Origin: a virus
Strand: one strand, 5' to 3'
Virus record (IMG/VR): IMGVR_UViG_3300026097_001139
Span: 24,387 to 88,386 of that record
DNA: 64,000 nt
Part shown: piece by piece, positions 9,321-18,637 of the stretch
Numbering within the stretch: position 1 is the stretch's first letter
Layout of the letters: each line of letters opens with the position of its first letter
Program-made: the position numbers and the translations under genes
Notes under the pieces: generated by a model
The model's database searches: none
Told to the model about the DNA's origin: nothing
What the model saw: the letters and a program-made list of their open reading frames with translations, nothing else

Positions 9321-10852
9321 GGAGTCCAGTTGAGTTTGTTGTTTATATAATTTGTTAAGATTCTGTCAATACGTGGATTATTCTTAGTGTGCTTTACTGT
9401 GTTATGTACTTGTCTTGACATACTAAACACTTCGTCTAATGGCAAGTAACTATGAGTATTAAGACTCCAATTATTCAGTTTATAACTTGAATTTTCCATC
9501 TGCTCTTTAGCATAAAGATCTGTAATTTCGTCGCATTCATGTACATTTGTTAAGTCACTTTCCCACATCCTTACCTTAGCACTGTATCCGACCGGTTCTG
9601 CAAACTCACTTTCTTTAGGACCATTTGAAAATGCATGTGCTGACTTTTGTTGTGCCATGTGGTCTCTTTCTGTTGGAAGTTCTCGGTAACCATACTTTTC
9701 GTAATTTTCGCATAGTTTACTTTTCTTTACTAAATCACCTAATACCAGTTCAAGTGTAAAGGCTTGCAAACTTTGATCAGACCAATGTTTTTTTGCCCAG
9801 TCCAGTGTGCCGAGCATGCTGTCAACTGGTTCTGCTGGCAAGCCATTGATCAACCCAATGGTACCGCTATAATAGCCTTTTTTATTGTTGTAGAAATAAT
9901 TCTTTACATCAAGTAAACCTTGTTTCAATTTGTCTGGGTCATATCCCTTGCCTATTAACTTTCCAGCTTCTTTGTGAAAAGTTTCGATACCATAGTAGTG
10001 TCCAACAAAGTTCATTCTGGCCAGTTCTTCGCGATCTTTGGGTCTTGCTACCAGCAGATCGGCACGAATAAAACCAGTGAACATTGTTTCGAAGTCTAAT
10101 CGTTCAACTACATCTGCAAACTTGGTAATTTTCTCTGTTCGGTCATTGAATGTTTCGTCTGCTACAGCGTATCGTGTTACACCAAATCTATCGTATGCAT
10201 TTTTTATGTCTTCCTCAAAATCATCAGCGTCACGAGTGTAGTCGCCTTTAACACCTAGTATTGGATAGTTACAAAATGCACATTGAAATTTGCAACCTCG
10301 AGAAAACTCTAGTGTTAATGCTTCTTCTGACGTTATAAAGTCTCTATCTTCGTATATTACTTTGAGAGAACGCATAGGGTATGCTGGGTATTGGTCGTTG
10401 CAATCAAGAACCTTGCGATTCAACTTATCTAACATGAGAAAAACAGGACGTGGCCCATTGCTGAATTCATATTCAAGTAGTTTAACTATACCAAGTTCTC
10501 CGTACCCATACAAATAGTAGTCAACATTGTTGCTTTTAAAGTCTGGGCCAACTGCAGACCCAATCACAGTCATTATATCGGGATTTTTTGATTTGATATA
10601 TTCAAGTAATCTTTCCCAACGCGGAACCCATTTCATCCACATAAGGCTAAGGCCAATCCATTTCACTGACGTGATGTCTCGGCTATCAACAAATTGTCTA
10701 AGTTGTTCATCGCTCCATTGATGGACATATTCCACCACTTCCACATCCCAATTGTGATTAGTTCTCAAATAATGGGCAATCCGGTGACTTCCCGATAATC
10801 GCGCATTAAAAATTTCGTGTCCAGGTTGGAAGAGTATTGCTCTATTTTTCAT
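9317..10852 (-). CDS. B12-binding-domain radical SAM protein
   Basis: EFSRGCKFQCAFC (CX3CX2C), GYGE, DETFND, GIETF. Confidence 0.85.
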   Translation of the reverse strand: MKNRAILFQPGHEIFNARLSGSHRIAHYLRTNHNWDVEVVEYVHQWSDEQLRQFVDSRDITSVKWIGLSLMWMKWVPRWERLLEYIKSKNPDIMTVIGSAVGPDFKSNNVDYYLYGYGELGIVKLLEYEFSNGPRPVFLMLDKLNRKVLDCNDQYPAYPMRSLKVIYEDRDFITSEEALTLEFSRGCKFQCAFCNYPILGVKGDYTRDADDFEEDIKNAYDRFGVTRYAVADETFNDRTEKITKFADVVERLDFETMFTGFIRADLLVARPKDREELARMNFVGHYYGIETFHKEAGKLIGKGYDPDKLKQGLLDVKNYFYNNKKGYYSGTIGLINGLPAEPVDSMLGTLDWAKKHWSDQSLQAFTLELVLGDLVKKSKLCENYEKYGYRELPTERDHMAQQKSAHAFSNGPKESEFAEPVGYSAKVRMWESDLTNVHECDEITDLYAKEQMENSSYKLNNWSLNTHSYLPLDEVFSMSRQVHNTVKHTKNNPRIDRILTNYINNKLNWTP

Positions 10853-11319
10853 TTAAATAAAATTACACTTGTTAGTTTGTCGGCTGCTGAACTTGCTGCC
10901 CATGCTTCCGGTTTGACTTTAGGTTCCGTGTTACACGTACCCTTGATGTATCCAACCGCTTGTTGAATTACAACACTACTGGCATATTTATCAGAAGTGT
11001 TTATGTCTAGGTGTACTTCGATGTCTTGAACTATGTAAGGATTGAGTCTTTGGTACATATTACTGGCTTTATATACCTCGGTCATCAATCGCAATGCCGG
11101 CCGATTAATCCTTTTATCAAAATCACGTTCACGAGTAACTTCGCCGAATATTTTGCATCCATTGCAACCATTGATGTGTACTACTACTGCAACAGTATAC
11201 TCTGCATACCATATATTGTTTTTAAAAATGCGAGCAGAGTCTGCTCCGAGATATATTTTAGTTTCCGGGCTTTGCGAATTGATATAGTCAATGACCTGGT
11301 CTAGGTTTATATCACGCAC
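10849..11319 (-). CDS. RNase H-like YkuK family protein
   Basis: IYLGADS, RLMTEV, EVHLDIN, KPEAWAASSAAD; GTG start. Confidence 0.85.
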   Translation of the reverse strand: MRDINLDQVIDYINSQSPETKIYLGADSARIFKNNIWYAEYTVAVVVHINGCNGCKIFGEVTRERDFDKRINRPALRLMTEVYKASNMYQRLNPYIVQDIEVHLDINTSDKYASSVVIQQAVGYIKGTCNTEPKVKPEAWAASSAADKLTSVILFK

Positions 11320-11357
11320 TGCCCGCTCTACCTTTGCCGGGCAACATTGTAAAGAGA

Positions 11358-11395
11358 CATTGAATACTCCTGTTGCTTGGAGTATTTAGCCAATG
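11358..11395 (-). promoter_or_regulatory. hairpin containing late promoter and sequestering an SD/ATG
   Basis: CATTG-GCTA-AATACTCC-AAGCAACA-GGAGTATT-CAATG; TAAATA at 11383-11388 lies in the 5' arm. Confidence 0.65.
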
Positions 11396-11401
11396 CCAGT
11401 G

Positions 11402-12136
11402 CTAGTTACTCCAAACATCGGCATAGTAGCCTTTGCCATTGGTATCTCCGCCGTTATTCTCAACTTCAACACCATTGTAATAGACATCAGTGATAGTGTC
11501 TTCACCATTCAAGTATTCTACAACATGAATTTTTAGTTTGCGTGGATCAAACTTTTCACCTCCAGTTATATGTATAACACCATCAAAAAACGTGCCTTTC
11601 TCTGCGCTGTACATCTGGGCTATGTATTCCACATCTTCCACTGGTTCATCACAACAGGAGTGTTCATTTATTTCAATAGCATCGTCGCCAGACTCTTCAT
11701 ATACTTGATCCACAAGAGCAGTTAATTCCGTGTAGGTGACTACAGTATTAAGGTGTGTTGAATTGTAATCATCGCCGTCTACTTCGGCAACTTCGATCCA
11801 CGCACTGTCGTAATTAACGCCGAATGTGTGCTCAATCTCGTTTGGCGGTTCATACCATGGTCTTGGGTCGCCATCTTCGTCGACCATAAATTGAGCAGAT
11901 TTTGGTATTTCACTGATGTATTCGAAAGCAAAATCACCGTCTTCTGATCCTATCATATATTGAACTAGATCATATTCACCGTGTTCTTCTTTTACACCGT
12001 TCCAAAATTCATGTGCTTGTTTGTTAATAGACAGGTATACAGATTCGCCACCGTATCCATTAATAGTAATACGATAGTAGCGATCTGGATTTTTAATTGC
12101 TTCGACCAGTTGCTCTTTCTCTTCAATTGTTGCCAT
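11402..12136 (-). CDS. acidic conserved phage hypothetical protein
   Basis: Likely start MATIEEKE; YRITINGYGGE...SAEKGTFF...DTNGKG. Confidence 0.75.
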   Translation of the reverse strand: MATIEEKEQLVEAIKNPDRYYRITINGYGGESVYLSINKQAHEFWNGVKEEHGEYDLVQYMIGSEDGDFAFEYISEIPKSAQFMVDEDGDPRPWYEPPNEIEHTFGVNYDSAWIEVAEVDGDDYNSTHLNTVVTYTELTALVDQVYEESGDDAIEINEHSCCDEPVEDVEYIAQMYSAEKGTFFDGVIHITGGEKFDPRKLKIHVVEYLNGEDTITDVYYNGVEVENNGGDTNGKGYYADVWSN

Positions 12137-12140
12137 GCTT

Positions 12141-13007
12141 TTACCCCAATGGTTTTGGTGGGTTGAATACACCATTACTTAGACTAGCAACTATAACATC
12201 GTTCACTACAAAATGTCTACCGGTCCATTCTATAACAAATTCCTTTTTGTATTCTTCTAATTGGGTGTGGTGTTCCATTAATTGAATACCAGTAATTGAA
12301 CTATAACTGACTGTAATTTTATTATATAAGGATAAATTAAATATTTCAGACAATGTGACACTGTTCATTGAACATACAGTATTATCTTTGTGATTGTCAA
12401 TGCCAAAGTAACTTAACCAATGATTAAATTTTGTAGGAAATAACAAAGTACAAGGTATATTGTTTGGTAAAAAAAGAGTAGAAATAAGCCTATAGTTACC
12501 TGGATGAATCATCAAGAAATTTTTCTTTTTTGCTCCTAAACTAAAAGGAGTTCTAAAAAAATCTGGAGGATTTGTGTAGAATTGATATAATTTTACCAGG
12601 TTATATACAGTATCTTTGTCAGTGTTATCGTGCTTAGGTGTATAGTCAACTGGAAACCGGAATACTCTTGGTGATTGGTCAGTTTTTAAAAGAGATTGCA
12701 TGGTATTTGAAAATTTATGCAGTAGAGGTAGTCGGCTTACCTGGTTGTAAAAATTTTTAAATTTTCCAGTGTCGGTTTGAACTACAAAGCTATCTTTTCC
12801 TGCAAAATGGCATACCTGCTTCATGTATTCAACAACTTCTTGAGTGTACCCTGGTGCTTTTTCATGCATTATAGTATGCAACGGATTGGGCTGTCGTAAA
12901 AGATTACTTCCTACATATGTGTCGATTTGATCTGGACATTTCCACGAAAAAGTGTAATTCTTGTTGCTACTACCTTGTAGTTGGTTACTTTTCCTGAATG
13001 TGTTCAT
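12141..13007 (-). CDS. hypothetical protein (paralog of 13014-13829)
   Basis: Shared NPPDFFRTPFS, IHPGNYRL, ITGIQ..EHH, IEWTG..F.VND blocks. Confidence 0.75.
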   Translation of the reverse strand: MNTFRKSNQLQGSSNKNYTFSWKCPDQIDTYVGSNLLRQPNPLHTIMHEKAPGYTQEVVEYMKQVCHFAGKDSFVVQTDTGKFKNFYNQVSRLPLLHKFSNTMQSLLKTDQSPRVFRFPVDYTPKHDNTDKDTVYNLVKLYQFYTNPPDFFRTPFSLGAKKKNFLMIHPGNYRLISTLFLPNNIPCTLLFPTKFNHWLSYFGIDNHKDNTVCSMNSVTLSEIFNLSLYNKITVSYSSITGIQLMEHHTQLEEYKKEFVIEWTGRHFVVNDVIVASLSNGVFNPPKPLG

Positions 13008-13013
13008 ATTTTT

Positions 13014-13829
13014 TTATCTTGCCGGCTCCAACGGAACAAAAATGCCATTTTTCAGTGTTGCAACTATAATATCATTCACTATAAATTGAGTCCCTGTCCA
13101 CTCAATTTTATATTCTTTTTTGTATTCAGGGAGGATAGGATGATGTTCAACAATCTGAATACCAGTGATATGGCTATACCTTATATCGGCCTGCGGCTGA
13201 ATAGTATCAAGATTGATTGCTTTTTCTAGAAGTTTGTATGGTGCTTGTAATATAGTCATTGTACGTTCGAAAGAAAAAGGCAGAATACTGTGCAAAACAA
13301 CGTCGTTGGTTTTAAAAAAAAGAGTACAAGGAATAGGATCTTGCAAAAACATTGTTGACATAAGCCTATAATTCCCTGGATGAATAAAAATTTTGTGACC
13401 TGAAACACTATTACCCCCGATGCTAAAAGGAGTTCTAAAAAAATCAGGAGGGTTAACAATAAACTCGTAAAGTTTTGTTAGATTATACAAGTTAGATTTA
13501 GTTGCTTGTCCAGACGGAATAAAATTGGGCTCGTAGCGGTATACTCTAGATTTTTCTGTCGGTGCTAATTTTTTTAGTGAATAATGGAAGCGGCGTGCAA
13601 CTGAATTTGATGTGCTATCGAAAAACTGCTTTAGTGAATGTGTGTCGGTGCACACAATATAACTATCCGTATTTGCAAATCTACAGCATGCTTTAAGGTA
13701 ATTTGGAATAAGGGTTTTTTTATCAGTGCCGAAAGATCGTCGAATAGTTAAATCTTCAGTGTCAACTGTGCTACCATTTGGTAGATACAATCTATCCGGG
13801 GTTAAAAATTTTAATTTTAAATCCGTCAT
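13014..13829 (-). CDS. hypothetical protein (paralog of 12141-13007)
   Basis: Same shared blocks; AT-rich. Confidence 0.75.
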   Translation of the reverse strand: MTDLKLKFLTPDRLYLPNGSTVDTEDLTIRRSFGTDKKTLIPNYLKACCRFANTDSYIVCTDTHSLKQFFDSTSNSVARRFHYSLKKLAPTEKSRVYRYEPNFIPSGQATKSNLYNLTKLYEFIVNPPDFFRTPFSIGGNSVSGHKIFIHPGNYRLMSTMFLQDPIPCTLFFKTNDVVLHSILPFSFERTMTILQAPYKLLEKAINLDTIQPQADIRYSHITGIQIVEHHPILPEYKKEYKIEWTGTQFIVNDIIVATLKNGIFVPLEPAR

Positions 13830-14791
13830 TGGTACTCACTGAGTTTAAATCCTGTGCCTAGCATGTAGTTGACACTGGCAGTAGGATCATTACTCCACAC
13901 CAGCACTTCTGGATCGTCGTAGAGAAAATCACAGTTTTTACAGTATTCAATGTCGTCAAATCTGCCTTCTCTGTGCGCAGATCTCAACTGTTCATATTCA
14001 TCGCCCCAGTAGATATCTTCGAAACTTTGATCTTCGAAGTGACCCAGCACACTGAGTGCTTCGTTAGGCGGGCCCATGGTTTGACAGCATGGAGTAACTG
14101 CACCTTGTTTGCCGTCTAATCCCCCTGCTCTCACTGTGAGTTCAGGAGCAAAAGGTCTGCCGCAGGTTTTTCTTTTCTCAGGGTTGCGTAAGTACAGTGG
14201 CTGATAGTTGCCACTCCAGTTGTGCATTTTCCAGATATATCCTATGCAGCCCACTGAGTCTATGAATGCAGTTTTATACTGCTCTATTTCGTAGTCTATT
14301 TGACTGTTGTCCAGTATAAGATGATAACTGCTGAGTTCACAGGCACTGCGGTGACGTTGTATACACTGTTTGGTTTCTATGGCATTGTCACGTATTTCGT
14401 AAAAACGATCTTGACTCATCCACTGCTTGTACAGAGCAGGAGTGTATCCTATACAGCTAAAGCGAATAAAATCGATGCCAGCGACGACTACGTCATTGAG
14501 AAAATCACCTGTTAAATTTGTACCGTTGCAGTACATGAAACTCTTTAGACCGCGGCGTGTGCAAGCCTCGATGTATTCAGGCAAGTCTTTGGCAAGAGTA
14601 GGCTCACCAGATCCCTCCAGGTTAATGATCGGAGTGCCGTATTTTGCTACAACCTGATCCAGCACAGACTCAAATAAATCAAGTGGCATTTTGCGAGTAA
14701 AATTTTGCCCGCGACCTGTGCTTTGTGGACACATATCACAGGAATAGTTACACCCGCCAAATACTTCAAGGACAACTCGTTCTAGCTTCAT
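13826..14791 (-). CDS. radical SAM/SPASM domain protein
   Basis: CNYSCDMC, GSGEPTL; C-terminal C...PCC...CKNC SPASM cysteines. Confidence 0.88.
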   Translation of the reverse strand: MKLERVVLEVFGGCNYSCDMCPQSTGRGQNFTRKMPLDLFESVLDQVVAKYGTPIINLEGSGEPTLAKDLPEYIEACTRRGLKSFMYCNGTNLTGDFLNDVVVAGIDFIRFSCIGYTPALYKQWMSQDRFYEIRDNAIETKQCIQRHRSACELSSYHLILDNSQIDYEIEQYKTAFIDSVGCIGYIWKMHNWSGNYQPLYLRNPEKRKTCGRPFAPELTVRAGGLDGKQGAVTPCCQTMGPPNEALSVLGHFEDQSFEDIYWGDEYEQLRSAHREGRFDDIEYCKNCDFLYDDPEVLVWSNDPTASVNYMLGTGFKLSEYQ

Positions 14792-14797
14792 GGAAAG

Positions 14798-14805
14798 TAT
14801 TTATA
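14798..14805 (-). promoter_or_regulatory. T4-consensus late promoter TATAAATA
   Basis: TATAAATA followed 6 nt later by ATG of radical SAM gene. Confidence 0.75.
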
Positions 14806-14824
14806 CGGTGTCAATTGTGCTCCG

Positions 14825-15103
14825 CTAGCATTCTACTTCGGCACCGTAGCCGTCTTCTGTGCTGTACAGTCTCACAATTGGCTTGCCATCAATCTTCATT
14901 CCTACGGAAACATATGGCCCGCCACTGGGATCAAACATACCAAGGTCGTCCATGTTGAGGCTGTCCTGTCCCTCTTTGCCGCCTAGACGACTGTACTTTA
15001 AACTGTCGCCGGTCATGCGAAACTGATACCGGTTTTCCGCAAGTACAACCCAGGTATATTCATCGCCGTATCTATTAGAATAAACTTTGCCTGCTTCAAA
15101 CAT
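14825..15103 (-). CDS. hypothetical protein
   Basis: 92 aa; MFDPSGGPYVSVG motif; TAATG-coupled to upstream ORF. Confidence 0.75.
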   Translation of the reverse strand: MFEAGKVYSNRYGDEYTWVVLAENRYQFRMTGDSLKYSRLGGKEGQDSLNMDDLGMFDPSGGPYVSVGMKIDGKPIVRLYSTEDGYGAEVEC

Positions 15104-15420
15104 TACAACTCCACTATCTCTACACTGTCACCGAACCGTTCTTTCAGTTGATTCCAAACACCAGCATTGCTCATACGTAATCCTTGAGATTCTTTCAACA
15201 AACGGTATGTGCTACCACTTTCTGTGGTTGCAGTAATCCATTCACTGTCAATGTCGATTTCTAAAATTTTAATAGGACTGCTCAAACGCCAACTATCACC
15301 GTCAAGATATCCACCACTCCAACCTGACAGAATCTTTTGAAACTGTTTGCCACCGTGGTTGACTTCGATAATCACCCAAGAGTTTGGAGCAATATCCTGT
15401 TCTGGTTCAAGGTTCATCAT
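15103..15420 (-). CDS. conserved phage hypothetical protein
   Basis: KILSGWSGGYLDGDSWRLSS..TESGSTY motif; likely start MMNLEP. Confidence 0.75.
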   Translation of the reverse strand: MMNLEPEQDIAPNSWVIIEVNHGGKQFQKILSGWSGGYLDGDSWRLSSPIKILEIDIDSEWITATTESGSTYRLLKESQGLRMSNAGVWNQLKERFGDSVEIVEL

Positions 15421-15608
15421 CTTTCCGGTATTCCTTATCCACATCTTCTATAAAACGTTTAACATACCCCATTGCCTCATCTGCGAGTTCAGGAGATACA
15501 TCGTAAGTTTCTATTATAGTCTCTAAATTTGTTTCAAACTGTTCTATAAGTTATTCTATTGTCAGCAAAGTCTAAGCACCAGCGGAATATTTTACGAATC
15601 TTTATCAT
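15407..15608 (-). pseudogene. small gene with apparent +1 frameshift (or sequence error)
   Basis: MIKIRKIFRWCLDFADNRIT in one frame continues as IEQFETNLETIIETYDVSPELADEAMGYVKRFIEDVDKEYRKDDEP* in the next; span 202 nt = 67 codons + 1. Confidence 0.5.
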
Positions 15609-15820
15609 ACTTGATCCATTGTGCGTTCGTGTTCTTCTTCATAGTAGATAGGATCCATTTCTAAACTGGCAGAATAGTCGAATATATTATAACCTTGAAG
15701 AGCGTACCAAGTGGCTCGCTTAGGTGTCATAATTAGCAATTTGTCTCGCACACTTCCAGCACTTGCCACACGAGAGTGCGGTTCAAATCTTTCAATGCTG
15801 TAGAGCCTATGTTCAATCAC
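15605..15820 (-). CDS. hypothetical protein
   Basis: 71-aa ORF with ATGA overlaps. Confidence 0.6.
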   Translation of the reverse strand: MIEHRLYSIERFEPHSRVASAGSVRDKLLIMTPKRATWYALQGYNIFDYSASLEMDPIYYEEEHERTMDQV

Positions 15821-16581
15821 AGTTCGGGTCCTTGCTTGCGAATCTGTTTATTATATGCTATTGCTTCTTCAATCAGCGTGAACGGCACATTTCTATCTCT
15901 ACAGAGTTTTACCATTGCGGCGGTATCTTTAGGAAAACAATGTCCTCCCCAACCTCGTTGTTCTGTGACATATGAATGATCAGAATTAATTCTACTATCT
16001 CTACAAACGCTTTCTCGAACATTTGAAAAATCAGCACCAACAGTTTCACACAAGTCATACAGTTGATTGAAAAAACTTACCTTCGTTGCTAGATAACTGT
16101 TTTCAGCATATTTTACAATGCTTGCTTCGATGTCTGATATTAAGTAACATTCGATATTTGGGAAGGCGATGTTCCATACCCTTTTCCAGAAGTCTTGATC
16201 TCCGCCACCTAGGATTACAAAATCTTGATTTTTAAAATCTTCATCTGCTGTATTTTGTCTTAAAAATTCAGGGGAGTATGTTATAGCATGTTCTGGGAAT
16301 TGTTTCTGGATCGAAATCACTCCATCTATGTCAACGGCACTTTTTATTACAACAGGGATCTCCGGTGAAACAGTTTCTAGGACACTCACAATCCTGGAAT
16401 AATCACAACTTCCGTCGGAACTCTCAGGGGTATTTACACAAATCACTACACCTATTACATCTGTATAATTAGCAACCGTTTCTGGACCTAGTTTAGGATC
16501 TACAACAACAATTTCCATGTGTTGTTTAAACTTATTTGCTACTGCGTGTCCGACAGATCCGTACCCAGCAATTGCTATCAT
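15817..16581 (-). CDS. UDP-glucose/GDP-mannose 6-dehydrogenase family (short form lacking C-terminal domain)
   Basis: GYGSVG, ICVNTP, VIKS, SPEFLR, KYAENSYLATKVSFFNQ, GWGGHCFPKD. Confidence 0.9.
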   Translation of the reverse strand: MIAIAGYGSVGHAVANKFKQHMEIVVVDPKLGPETVANYTDVIGVVICVNTPESSDGSCDYSRIVSVLETVSPEIPVVIKSAVDIDGVISIQKQFPEHAITYSPEFLRQNTADEDFKNQDFVILGGGDQDFWKRVWNIAFPNIECYLISDIEASIVKYAENSYLATKVSFFNQLYDLCETVGADFSNVRESVCRDSRINSDHSYVTEQRGWGGHCFPKDTAAMVKLCRDRNVPFTLIEEAIAYNKQIRKQGPEL

Positions 16582-16582
16582 C

Positions 16583-17059
16583 TTATTTCCTTGTGCAATC
16601 CATTTTGTGGATATGTTCTTTGTTTTCTCTCAAATCAGTTACCAATCCGCACTCATAACACTTAAACCAAACATCATCTGCCCAACGAATCTTTCTACCA
16701 CTGTGTTGTTCATACTTTGCGATGATGTCGTCGAACTCCCACAGTTCTTCTGTTTCAAAGTCATCTAACCAATCACCAAAGTGATTCCAATCTTCCGTTC
16801 GCATAGGTGCAACATCGTATTCGTGCCAACCGTTCCAATAATCATCGCCTGGAACATTCCGAATGTCGATACGACCTGTTGAATAATCTTCGGTGACTTC
16901 TTGTCGTTCAAAAGTGTCACCAACTTTATACCTACCCTTCTCGACAAGCACACTGCCCTCTTGAACGACATGTGTCACTGTTTTGGTAAGTCCACGCTCC
17001 TCATACCACTGCATATTAGCAACTCCCATCCAGTTAGTTGAATAACTTATAGCCATCAC
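16583..17059 (-). CDS. hypothetical protein
   Basis: 158 aa, C-terminal CxxC...H...C possible Zn site. Confidence 0.7.
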   Translation of the reverse strand: MMAISYSTNWMGVANMQWYEERGLTKTVTHVVQEGSVLVEKGRYKVGDTFERQEVTEDYSTGRIDIRNVPGDDYWNGWHEYDVAPMRTEDWNHFGDWLDDFETEELWEFDDIIAKYEQHSGRKIRWADDVWFKCYECGLVTDLRENKEHIHKMDCTRK

Positions 17060-17322
17060 TCACCTTTCCAGTTGATCAACACCTGTAAACATTCCCATTC
17101 ACCGTAAGTGAGACTAAACCGTTCAGTGCTGTTTTTGCGGTCAATCACAATGTCGCATCCTTCGCCATTGCTCCACTCAGTGACTTCCATGTAGTCATTC
17201 TCGCCAGCATGGAAACAGTAGGGTTTGAGTTGAGAGAATACTGCTCGTCTTTGTGATACTTCAATGCTCACGCCTTCTCTCCACAAAAATCTTAAGTGTA
17301 CCACCATCGTCCTGAAAATCAT
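17056..17322 (-). CDS. hypothetical protein
   Basis: DYMEVTEWSNGEG motif; real start probably the GTG near 17271. Confidence 0.6.
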   Translation of the reverse strand: MIFRTMVVHLRFLWREGVSIEVSQRRAVFSQLKPYCFHAGENDYMEVTEWSNGEGCDIVIDRKNSTERFSLTYGEWECLQVLINWKGE

Positions 17323-17452
17323 AGCGCAAGCTCTCGCCTGATCGAAAGTGGCGTGTATAACTGCGACCGTCTTCGTCGATTACTTCCAGTCGGTTAACCT
17401 TTGCTAATTTCTCTGTGGCAAGTTCTAACGCCATTTCATGTAGGTCCATCAT
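17261..17452 (-). CDS. hypothetical protein
   Basis: VNRLEVIDEDGRSY...QDDGGTLKIF motif typical of small phage proteins. Confidence 0.7.
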   Translation of the reverse strand: MMDLHEMALELATEKLAKVNRLEVIDEDGRSYTRHFRSGESLRYDFQDDGGTLKIFVERRREH

Positions 17453-17646
17453 TTGTCTCCAAATACATCAGGTGCAGATTCTGCCGCACGTTGCATATCA
17501 TAGTCCAGGGGATAGTGCTTCAAACACCTGCGTGCCTGTTCTCTAACATACTTGGGCACACGCGGCGTTTTCTTTGGATCTAGCAAGTCTTTCAAAAACT
17601 GTTCTGTGTTAATTACAGCATGTTTCCTTTCGACAGGCAGTGTCAT
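17449..17646 (-). CDS. small conserved phage protein
   Basis: MTLPVER...DLLDPKKTPRVPKYVREQARRCLKHYP. Confidence 0.75.
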   Translation of the reverse strand: MTLPVERKHAVINTEQFLKDLLDPKKTPRVPKYVREQARRCLKHYPLDYDMQRAAESAPDVFGDK

Positions 17647-17648
17647 AT

Positions 17649-18269
17649 CTAGGGTCTCTTCTCTACCACTTGATCTGCTAGTCCATATTCCACAGCTTCT
17701 TGAGCACTGAGAAAAGTATCAAACTTCATGTCTTCGTATAAGTCATCGTAGGTTTTACCTGCTGTGTTATGCACAGCATACAGTTCAGTTAACCTTTTGT
17801 TGATTCTCTTGCTTTCATCTAGATGTCGCTTTTGATCCTCAAACTCAAGCTCTTGTACGTGCACACTGCCTGACGTGCCGCGTGTACCAGAACTTACCCT
17901 GTGGATCATTGTGCGTGACTCGGGTAATACATAGCGTTTACCGGGCGCACCTGCCATTGCCAGGAACGATCCCATGCTGGCAGCCTGGCCCATTACATAG
18001 GTTGCTACATCAGGCTTGATAAACTGCATGGTATCATATATGCTTAATCCAGCAGTAACGCCGCCGCCTGGACTGTTGATAAACAAGCTGATTTCTTTTT
18101 CAGGATTTTCGCTTTCTAAAAATAACAACTGTGCTACCACAGTGTTCGCCATGTGATCTTCAACTACGCCGTTGAGCATCACAATGCGTTCTTTGAGCAG
18201 TCTACTGTAGATGTCATAAGCACGTTCGCCTTTGGCTGTGCTTTCTACTACCATTGGAATTAAAGACAT
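17649..18269 (-). CDS. clpP: ATP-dependent Clp protease proteolytic subunit
   Basis: Start MSLIPMVVE; [23 protein letters not shown] (Ser), MIH (His), [15 protein letters not shown]. Confidence 0.95.
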   Translation of the reverse strand: MSLIPMVVESTAKGERAYDIYSRLLKERIVMLNGVVEDHMANTVVAQLLFLESENPEKEISLFINSPGGGVTAGLSIYDTMQFIKPDVATYVMGQAASMGSFLAMAGAPGKRYVLPESRTMIHRVSSGTRGTSGSVHVQELEFEDQKRHLDESKRINKRLTELYAVHNTAGKTYDDLYEDMKFDTFLSAQEAVEYGLADQVVEKRP

Positions 18270-18284
18270 GTTTTTCCTTATAGT

Positions 18285-18359
18285 TGGAGCTACGGACAGG
18301 ACTTGCACCTGCATAAAACGGATTTGCAGTCCGTCGCCTAACTGTTCAGCCACCGTAGC
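18285..18359 (-). tRNA. tRNA-Cys (GCA)
   Basis: Acceptor GCTACGG/CCGTAGC, U73, encoded CCA; anticodon arm ACGGA-CTGCAAA-TCCGT; T-loop TGCAAGT. Confidence 0.9.
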
Positions 18360-18363
18360 ATGC

Positions 18364-18437
18364 TGGCACCGGATGACGGAATCGAACCGCCGCCAAGGGT
18401 TTTGGAGACCCCTGTCATACCATTAGACCAATCCGGC
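18364..18437 (-). tRNA. tRNA-Trp (CCA)
   Basis: Acceptor GCCGGAT/ATCCGGT, G73, encoded CCA; anticodon arm GGGGT-CTCCAAA-ACCCT; T-loop TTCGATT. Confidence 0.92.
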
Positions 18438-18637
18438 TATTTTTGTTCAACTTTTTGCAATTGCTCAACCATGTTCAAAAACTGATCAAACATTTGGTTG
18501 GTTTTGTCCTTGCCTGCAGGAATACAAATTGCCTTAGCATCGTGCACTCGCACCTGCTCAAGTGCTTCCTGACAAACATCTTTGCTAGCATATGACATTT
18601 CCAGTCCTAACGCAACCGATAAGAGCAAATAGGTCAT
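18437..18637 (-). CDS. hypothetical protein
   Basis: 66 aa, ATGA overlap with upstream ORF. Confidence 0.6.
   Translation of the reverse strand: MTYLLLSVALGLEMSYASKDVCQEALEQVRVHDAKAICIPAGKDKTNQMFDQFLNMVEQLQKVEQK

Noticed and set aside
18270-18353. 28-aa N-terminal extension of ClpP in the ORF track
   Set aside because: It overlaps tRNA-Cys; the canonical start MSLIPMVVE at 18269 has an AAGGA SD
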